NCBI GenBank assembly: GCA_012295275.1
Contig: CM022665.1
Coordinates: 21,576,001 to 21,640,000, forward strand
Reading direction: 5' to 3'
From: Chrysomallon squamiferum
Lineage: Eukaryota; Animalia; Mollusca
DNA: 64,000 nucleotides
The translations under genes and the position numbers were made by a program. How positions within the stretch are numbered: position 1 is the stretch's first letter; every line of letters starts with the position of its first letter. Shown here piece by piece: positions 54,625 through 64,000 of the stretch. The notes under the pieces were generated by a model. It was not told where the DNA came from and made no database searches. It saw only the letters and a program-made list of their open reading frames with translations.

Positions 54625-55531
54625 CATACATACATACATACAAACATACATGCATGCATAGAAACATATACATAAATATATTCACATACACATGAATTTA
54701 TTTTCTCTAATTTGAATTCTGTATTAGTTCATGCAAAACTTATAAGTCAGGCGCGGAAAGTTTGGTATCAAGGGGATGTACGCCGTATAGCAGTTTCTTT
54801 TTTTTTTTTTTTTTTTATTTTTACAAAAGCCTTTGGAAATACGCAAGCACCAATCATTTATTTATTTACACTCATCATTAATATTTATAAGTAAATATTC
54901 CTATCACTGGCTTCAGAACACCTTTTACTCATGTAACTCCAGTATACCCGGGATAGTTACACTCCCTGCCCGCCCCCCCCCACAAAAAAAAAAGGTCCGC
55001 GCCTTACAAAGAAAAAAAATGCTGAAAGTTGAACAATCAGATTAAGCAGGTAATCCCGAATCACGTTTTGTAACGAACAAACGTAATTTAAGTTTGTAAG
55101 GCTTTGTTAGCGGCACACTAAAGACAGTGTGGTTTTTTGGCAAAGAGACGAAAACTCGCCAGTGGAACGTAATTAATACACTTTGATGATGAAACAGAGA
55201 TTACCATTGTTGAATAAGAACGTTATTCTGGGCAATGGCAGATAGAGGACGTTAGGTAAATCCGTCTGAAAATATCCGCTCGTGAAATCTCGTGCAGAAA
55301 ATCGTTTTAGTTTATTTATGCCTTTATTTATTTATCTTATTTATTTATAGAAAAATATTGTTGATATTTTTATTTCTTCTTTAGTGTATTTGTTTTTGTA
55401 TTTATAAACTTCTATGTATAATTTTACCTCCTTTCCGATTATTGTTTTACTACTAATAAAATATAACCACATACTCAGATAGAAATGTAGATGATGATGA
55501 TGATGGTGATGACGATAAGTTATTATTATTA

Positions 55532-55569
<38 letters not shown>

Positions 55570-56157
55570 GAGGACAACAGAGATGATTATGATGATGATA
55601 AAGATCATCATTACATTGAGATGATAGAAAGGAAAGGAGGAAAGAAAATAAACAAAACTTTTAAAAATGTTATACTGTTAAAGAAAATCTTTCCATGTAC
55701 TATGTGAACCTGAAAATAAATAAAACGAGCCACTCTATATTTAAACATCATGAGGCAGTGATGTCATAAAGTGATAATATTAGCATCTTCCGTGTTCGGA
55801 GACATCCGACCGCTCTCCTCTTCCGTGTTCGTGCTCCGGAAACAGCCGAATGTTGTTGTCTTTTTAGCGAGTTAATTTCGAACATACTATTTTACTTCTG
55901 CACGTAAATAATAATAATAATAATAATCAACTTATACACTAAGAAACGTTGAGACATATTTATATCATTTACTTTACTAACACCATTTGACGTCTGGTTG
56001 TTTGAAATTCATCAGACATCTTATTTACCATAACTAGAGCAACAGTGAATCTAAGATTGTGAGAAAGCGGTTTACTCAGTCTGTTCTTGGAGAGCCGCAC
56101 AGTTAAATCAGGGTGATGTTTGTCATGTGTACGTGACTTTACGTAGATATGTTTGTG

Positions 56158-56190
<33 letters not shown>

Positions 56191-57187
56191 TTAAAATAAG
56201 TACGATTTAATATACTTTAAATCTAACAGAAAAGTTATATTTCAATGAAATACATAAAACATTTTAACATTTCTTAGAAATTTATTCAAATCTTTTCTTT
56301 GTGTTTTGTGTATGTTATTCTTTGTAATATTCCTATTTATCCAGATTTAAAAAAAAAAATTTTTTTAATTTTTTATTATTATTTCAAGGACTGTTCTTGC
56401 TAGTATTTTACGAGGCTCTCCGACCTGTTAAATTAATTCTCAGGTATTAAGTGAAGCCATAAAAGCCAGGCAATTCGCCAGATCGATACATTAGCAGTGT
56501 GTTCATTCAAGCTCTATCGTTCACACAGGTCGATCAGTTTTGGCTTTATTTTATTTAATGTGATTTGGCTTCTCAGACAAAAGGTTATTGCCTAAATAAT
56601 AATAATCTAACGCTTAGAAACTTGGCACCATTGCTGACTAATAAATAATCATAATGAAGAAAGAAAAGGAAGAAGAAGAAGGGTGTTGAGTGAAAATTAG
56701 TAATGATAAATCATATTAATGACTTACGTCAAAATAAAAGCGACCTTGGTTATAAAAAGTTACGACGCGTTAAACAGATTGTTTAGACGTAATAATAATG
56801 TGCTTATTGAAATGTAACTTACAGTCATTCTCAAGGTCATATTTCATGTTACAGCAGACAAAGATATGGTGAATTACGTTCTCGGTAGGCAAATATACAA
56901 AACAGTATTTCTTTTTCAATAACGAAAGAAAAAAGAAAGAAAGAAAGAAAAAGTTAAGATATATCTGTGTGCCTGTGTTCATCGATGAATGAATGGATGT
57001 ACATGAATAGGTAGATACAAAGTATAATTAAGTAGTTAGGGACGTGTGTATGTACGTACGTTTGTATTTAGGAATGACTATTCAGTACGTCTGACAACAT
57101 TTGTGATTTTTTGTAAGTTTCCAGGCATTTTCCTTGTTTCTGTAAATGTTTTAAACCATGTGGCTGTTCAGCTGGTTTATAACGTTT

Positions 57188-57284
<97 letters not shown>

Positions 57285-57484
57285 CACACACATACACACA
57301 CACACAAAACACAAACACGAGCGCATTTTAAAGGTATTGCAGTTAATACTGGAAACTCATGTGTGATTTTAACATCGACATTCATTATGATAACACTTGT
57401 TTATATTCCATTACCTATATATATATATATATACACAGACACAGACAGAAACACATACATGCATATATACATACATACATACAT

Positions 57485-57531
<47 letters not shown>

Positions 57532-57584
57532 CATACATACATACATATAGATTCATACATACATACACATACATAGATACATAT

Positions 57585-57615
<31 letters not shown>

Positions 57616-57703
57616 ATCTCACACACACATATAATTGTTTATATATTCTCTCATTGTTTCCAGTATCTATGGAAACAAAAGATATACACACACAAATATA
57701 ACA

Positions 57704-57755
<52 letters not shown>

Positions 57756-57776
57756 CATTATTCTCTCTGTTTCCAG

Positions 57777-57926
57777 TATCTATGGACACAGTACAAAGTT
57801 TGGCTACTGGCCAGTTTATCGGGCACTTTAATGTCAGTGGGCCAGTCACTAAATGGATATCACTATTACATACGATTAAGAAAAGGCATTTATCTACGAC
57901 TGACATACGAAACACCTGCCCGCCAG
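57777..57926 (+). CDS. Candidate exon of an unknown small protein (MDTVQSLATGQFIGHF...KKRHLSTTDIRNTCPP)
   Basis: Acceptor ttctctctgtttccag|, ATG at 57782, donor CCAG|GTAACT; 150 nt of complex sequence between microsatellites. Confidence 0.55.
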
Positions 57927-58114
57927 GTAACTGCTGTATGAAATATCTAACAGAGGTGACCCAGACAAAACTACGTACAAAATGCAGAAGAAAAAAACGG
58001 TTCAGATATAGAAAAACAGAATCAAGGTCGAATATTTGTTTTCCCGTGGTGGCGAGAAGGTGGGACTGATATGGCCGACATTTGGTGAGAGTCGGATTGG
58101 ATGTTATTTCCTCT

Positions 58115-58149
<35 letters not shown>

Positions 58150-58249
58150 TTCATTTATTTATTTATTCATTTATTAATTATTATTATTATTATAACAGAG
58201 TATATATTCGCCACCCCAAGAAAATTTTAAAAACATTTATTGTTATATA

Positions 58250-58338
58250 TCTGTCTAGCTATCTGTCTATCTAGATAGAAAGATATAGGCAGATAGCTAG
58301 GTAGATAGGTAGACAGACAAACATACACACAGATATAC

Positions 58339-58369
<31 letters not shown>

Positions 58370-58467
58370 TAGACAGACAGACAGACAGATAGATAGATAG
58401 ATAAACAGATAGCTAGGTAGATAGGTGGACAGACAGACAAATATAGAGATAGATAGCTAAATAACTA

Positions 58468-58499
<32 letters not shown>

Positions 58500-58562
58500 T
58501 CTATTTATCTATCTCTATATCTATCTGTCTGTCTGTCTATCTATCTATCTATTTATCTATAT
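58250..58562. repeat. (GATA/GACA)n followed by inverted (TATC/TGTC)n
   Basis: Repeat strand switches near 58460. Confidence 0.85.
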
Positions 58563-58870
58563 ATGTTGTGTAAATTCAAACTTTAATCTGGTTCAAATCT
58601 GATCAGTAATTAACTGTATTTCAAACACAGCGTATGCTGTGAATGGTTGTATTTGTTTCATAAAATCAGTCTGCAACAAATTGACATGGCTATTTCTGTC
58701 TCTGTTCACGCACGCATACATACGTACGCACACGCCTAACTACACTTTGAAATAACCGACTAAATGATCTGTCCGTTTCATACGTAACTGCTTATTTATC
58801 GCTCTTTTTTATGTTTTCTTTTCTCTGACCACATTTGTCTGTGTGTCTGTCTGTCTGTCACAACTGTCAG

Positions 58871-58977
58871 TTCACTGTTACACGACTGTCTGGGATAGAG
58901 CCCAGGGTCACATACCTCTGTCAGTCTCTGCTGTATCTAATGTACCTGGTATGTGTATCGTAGACGGTGCATGTGTA
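58871..58977 (+). CDS. Candidate second exon (VHCYTTVWDRAQGHIPLSVSAVSNVPGMCIVDGACV)
   Basis: Acceptor ctgtcag|, in frame with the phase-1 donor at 57926; donor GTA|GTGAGT (alternative CTG|GTATGT at 58948). Confidence 0.5.
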
Positions 58978-59186
58978 GTGAGTTAGCATGCAGTTAAACT
59001 ATTCCTGATGTCTCAAATAATAATACTCTAAGTATGCTTGTCAGAGACTGTTTGTTTTGTTCTTATTAAACTGAAATGGTGCTGTTATACATTTACGTAT
59101 AAATTATTACTTCATTTGCTTACAAGCCCAATTTTTGCTAACAATAAAGTATGGCAATACAATACGTTTTTACAGAAACATCGTAG

Positions 59187-59285
<99 letters not shown>

Positions 59286-60278
59286 TTTTCTTTCTTACTC
59301 TTTTTCTCGATCTTGTTTTTTTCTTTCTTTCTGTCTCTCTCTTTCTCTCCTTCCTTTTTATCTTTTTATCTCTCTTGAACACTTCAGGATACAACCATAT
59401 TAAAACGCTGCTGAATAAATATCAGATGATATTACAGAGCTTCGCCTGAGAAATAACATATCCATTACCAACTCTACAACAATAAGAAAAGATAAACACT
59501 GATAAAATGCTGCGCTCTGAAATGTCAAGTTTCCCAGCTAAATAACACTTCCACCCACCACCCCTCAGTAAAATCGTAGCGTAACACTCCCCGCTACATT
59601 TCATTCATAAAACATCGATCTGCCAAATTTCCACGTTCGAGCACCAACAGCGAGAGAAACTGGACAGATTATGTACCGTCACAAAATCAATGAAGAAATC
59701 CATGGGAGAAAAAGACGCCGACTAAAAAGATCTTCGACACATAAGGGAGGTGCACGCACGAGCCGTTTAAATCCAGTGTGGAGTATCGATTTTCTAAGAT
59801 GAAGCTTATTTGAGTTTCGATAAAAGAAACCTTTCTTTCCTCCGAAATTATCAAAGAAGCTGTGTAATGATTTTATTTAAGCGAATTTCGAGATTCAGTG
59901 AACGCCATTCAGATTTAAAACAGCAGCAGATGGTATAAACAAAATAGTTTATATTTGAATTAGAAAATGTTTTGTTGTAAATTAAATTAGAAGATGTTTA
60001 TTAAAATTTAAAGTATAAAATGATTTACTGATACCGATAATGTAAGTTATGATAAGAACTGTAGATTATAATGGCCGAGGCAGGCGTACGCAGGATGCTC
60101 ATGGTTTATGCACAACACAAATGGCTGATGGGTAGGGCCGGGCGATGGATGTGTAGCCCCGGGGCTAATTCTGTTTTAGGAGGGGCCTTATATCGGCATA
60201 TAGAGACCTATACATAGATGAGAGTACATTATAATTCTGCTCTGTACTGTTTTGTTCTGTACTTACTGTCCTGTACAG

Positions 60279-60351
60279 TGCAGTACATACCATGGTTTTT
60301 GATACTGACTGGACTGACAAGCTGATCAAAGAGAGAACTGATGAGAAATGA
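60279..60351 (+). CDS. Candidate last coding exon (CSTYHGF* ending 60302, or VHTMVFDTDWTDKLIKERTDEK* ending 60351)
   Basis: Pyrimidine tract followed by tandem acceptors tacag|tgcag|. Confidence 0.35.
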
Positions 60352-61035
60352 ACCAGTCACCAATCGAGCCTCAGGCGAACTCTTAACCTCTAAGTTACAT
60401 AAAGTTATTTTTAACTCTTCATATCTGTCTGTTCTTGATAAATTAACATAATCAGTTTTATAAGTTTCCGCAACACAATACAATTATTTTTAACTTAGCA
60501 GATGTACAGTTAATTAGCTATATCAATCAATGCCTGAGGTGCGATAAATTTTGTTAAATTATTTCTGTAAGTAGGTTACTAAATATATTTACTGGCAGTA
60601 ACGAAATGTAAACGAAAACCGAGTTACATCTGATAAAGTTTGTAGTAGCTGCATCACATCTCGAGAGGTTCATTAATTACGACTGATTTTTCACCACCCC
60701 CCACTTCTTCCTCATTCCCCCGCTCTTTTCATTGTCCCTCACTCATCTCGACCCTTCCCGTGATGCCACTTGCATCACAGTGATCTCTAGAGAGAAATAT
60801 TTTTATCTACTTAATCAATAACATTGCAGTTCGGCCTGATATTTATTGATCTTAAGTGTTGAAGGCTAAACAATGTATCTTCATCCCGAGCACAAAGATT
60901 CCGTAAATTTTCAGATATAGTTGTGTCTGTACGTGTATGTGTGTGTATGTGTTTCTGCGTGTTTGCCTGTGTATTCACGCATGTGAGGTGTATGTGCATG
61001 TATATTATATATGTGTCTCTCTGTATGTTTTTCTA

Positions 61036-61072
<37 letters not shown>

Positions 61073-61450
61073 ATGTATGTATGTATGTATGTATACGTAT
61101 GTATGTATGTATGTATGTATGTATTTTTGTGTCTGTATGTGTGTGTGCGTGTAGGTGTGTATGTGTATTTGTGTCCTTTTGTATGTATACATATATGTGT
61201 ATGTATGCATGTATATGTATGTGTCCGCGTGTATTTCTGCACGGGTTTCTGTGTGTATGTATGTATTTTCGTCTTTTTCTTCTTTTTATTTGTTTGTTTC
61301 TTTATAATCTTATATAATATGTTTGGCATGTGTGAGTGTATCGGTATATAGATATGCATTTGTTATGTTTGGTCAAATATCAGTTTCAGCTTTGGAACAA
61401 AACCTCTTCAGTTACATGGGTCCCGAAATGGAGAGAAAAGTAAAAATATA

Positions 61451-61485
<35 letters not shown>

Positions 61486-62414
61486 ATTTAAATAAACAAA
61501 CACATAAATAAATCAATGAACAAATAATACATAAAAATATTTAACTAAGTAAGTAAACAAAGAAACAAACAAAAATAAATAAAACAAATAAATAAACATG
61601 TAAATAAATAAATCAGCAAATGATAAATAAATAAATACAAATAAGTAAGATAATAAATAAATAAATAAATGAAAGATAAGGTCAGAAATAAACAATAAAA
61701 TAATAAATAAATAAATAAACAAACAAACAAACAAACAAGTAAATAAATAAACAAACATATAAACAAGTAAATAAAAGATAAGGTAAGAAACAAACAATAA
61801 AAGAAGAAACTGGACAAAAAAAAAAAAAAAAAAAAGAAAAGAAGCAGATAATGTGAAATATGAAATTAGTATCTTACATAACCGAGGTTAATGCTTTTTT
61901 TTTTTTTTTTTTCATTCGGGATGAATGAAAGTAAAACGCTTCTTGGCAGCAGAAGAAAAAAAAAAGGGGAAAGAAAACATATTGTTACTTCCTATCTTTA
62001 CATATCGTTCTGCTTATCTGCTAATTTATCTCGCGAGGTTGTGTTGTGTTACTCAAACACACGGACAGCCAAGATGCAAGCTCGCTCCACCCAAAAAAGG
62101 TAAGAGGTTTCCCAACGTCGAGAAACAATATACACCGCGTATGCATAAGGAGCGATAGTAGCCCCCTGGCTGATACCACTGTTACATTGTGCTTGACGTA
62201 TGATACTTCACAAGAGACTGCTACAGAGGAATACAACAACTACATACCGACAGCCTCATTACATTTAACGACATGTCAGCAACATGCCCCACTGAGGCAC
62301 TGTTGAGTAAAAGATTCTCAATTTGCAGTACACATGTTCTTTATAGCTACGAAATGTTCGTTGCTATGGATATGTTAATTTAGATAGATATACAGGTGGA
62401 CAGGGGGTCAGTAA

Positions 62415-62447
<33 letters not shown>

Positions 62448-63061
62448 CAGTATAAAACTTATTCCGAAAATAATGAGTGAGAGATTTACTGGAAAAAGGA
62501 GATTTGTAAAAACCAATAAACACCAAATTTATATATAAGTGTATGCATACGTATGTTAGTCAAGTACTTTTATACACACATATATATACATATATACGTA
62601 CATACTTACATATATATGTATATACATACATACATACGTACATACATACATATATACATACATGCATACATGTGTGTGTATACATACACATACAAACATA
62701 TATATGTACATGCATACACATACACACACACCACCACCACATTCACATACATATATAAATACAAAAATATAAAAATGTCAAATTAGCTCTGATGTATTTG
62801 CTGTCTCACTTTCTGTGGATATCCTGCGTGTCGTTCACGGCGAAGCTTGCGATTAAGCGCTCTCCATGTGAAGAATACCATCATTTGTTCGATTAACGTT
62901 TCATTTCCTGCACTGGTCCTGAGTCGTTTTCTGCACTGGGTTACAAAATCAATATGTCTGGATAGGTGTCTTTAACAGAAAGAAGGAACATAATGGAGAT
63001 AGAATAATACAAATATAGGGAGACATGGAAATACGTAGAAGGGGTAAAAAAAGAAAAAGAG

Positions 63062-63097
<36 letters not shown>

Positions 63098-63234
63098 AAG
63101 AAAAAGAAGGTGAAATAGAGGAACAGAAAAATACAAATGAAATAAAAAGAAACAATAGAAAAGGGAAACTTGGGTCCATAAATTAATAAAATTTGCCCGA
63201 TTAATTTGCATGATCACAGCATCTAAGTGGAATT

Positions 63235-63732
63235 GACGTAAGATGTAATAGTACAATTTTTATGGGACGTATTACTGCAATAGTACTGTTTTCACATGCT
63301 TTATTGGAATTGTACGGTTTTCATATGCCCATATTATTGGAATAGTATGCTTTTCGTTTAACGTGTTACTTGAATAGTATGATGTGACTGTATTACGTAT
63401 TACTGGAACTGTACGATTTCCAGGTAAGTTATTACTGGAATAGTATGTTTTTCATGTGGAGTATAACTGGAATAGTGCGGATTTTCATGTGACGTCTTAC
63501 TGGGAAAAGTACGATTTTCAGGTGATTTATTACTGGAATAGTACGGTTTTCTTGTGATGTTTTAATGGTACATCGTGTGAGGTTTTATCTGACGTATAAT
63601 ACCACTTTCATGTGACGTATTACGGACATAGTATGGTTTTCATATGACGTATTCATGGAAAAGAACGGTTTTCATGTTGACGTAATAGTGGAAAAATACG
63701 ATTTTCCTCTGACCCATTACTGGAATAGTACA
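63235..63732. repeat. Degenerate ~32-bp minisatellite, about 15 copies
   Basis: Consensus approximately TATTACTGGAATAGTACGGTTTTCATGTGACG. Confidence 0.85.
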
Positions 63733-64000
63733 GCGCTTGTTTGTTTAAAAAAAAAAAAAAAAAATTATTATTATTTTTTTTTTATATATTATTATTGTTT
63801 TTCTTAATTACTATAATAAAAGCTATATGTAATGATAAATGTAAATCTGAGGTTTCGTTACAAAACCTAATTGGCAATTAACGTTTGACAAGTAACAACT
63901 CCAGTTTTCTTTACGTTAAGGATATCGTCACTATGAGCTCGTGCAAGTGAAAACATTAATTCTGACATCATTATATCTCGTCCTCTGCTGTTTGCTGTAG

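Noticed and set aside
57777-58948. TMEM120-like resemblance of the phase-0 reading
   Set aside because: Only a few scattered residues match from memory, no further exons were found, and the other frame has an ATG and more coding-like codons

Overview
Eukaryotic, AT-rich, microsatellite-dense animal DNA. The phosphagen-kinase sequences look molluscan (inference). Most ORFs in the track are simple-repeat artefacts. The real content is two tandem minus-strand arginine kinase (AK) genes. AK-A (45275-53292) has four constant exons (2-5) and three tandem paralogous first coding exons (1a 53133-53292, 1b 49171-49375, 1c 47870-48038). Each first exon has its own ATG and a phase-1 TCAG|GT donor, giving 356, 371 and 359 aa isoforms: a variable-first-exon/constant-body design. 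AK-B starts 8.7 kb downstream (exon 1 36406-36559), has a 31.2-kb first intron and an intron that AK-A lacks, and runs off the left edge. Also seen: a candidate small plus-strand gene (57777-60351), a candidate spliced antisense transcript inside the AK-B intron, a hAT MITE with 8-bp TSD, a perfect 72-bp inverted repeat flanking AK-B exon 2, a sharp CpG-depletion boundary in AK-A, and several minisatellites. All splice models were read by eye and have no transcript support.
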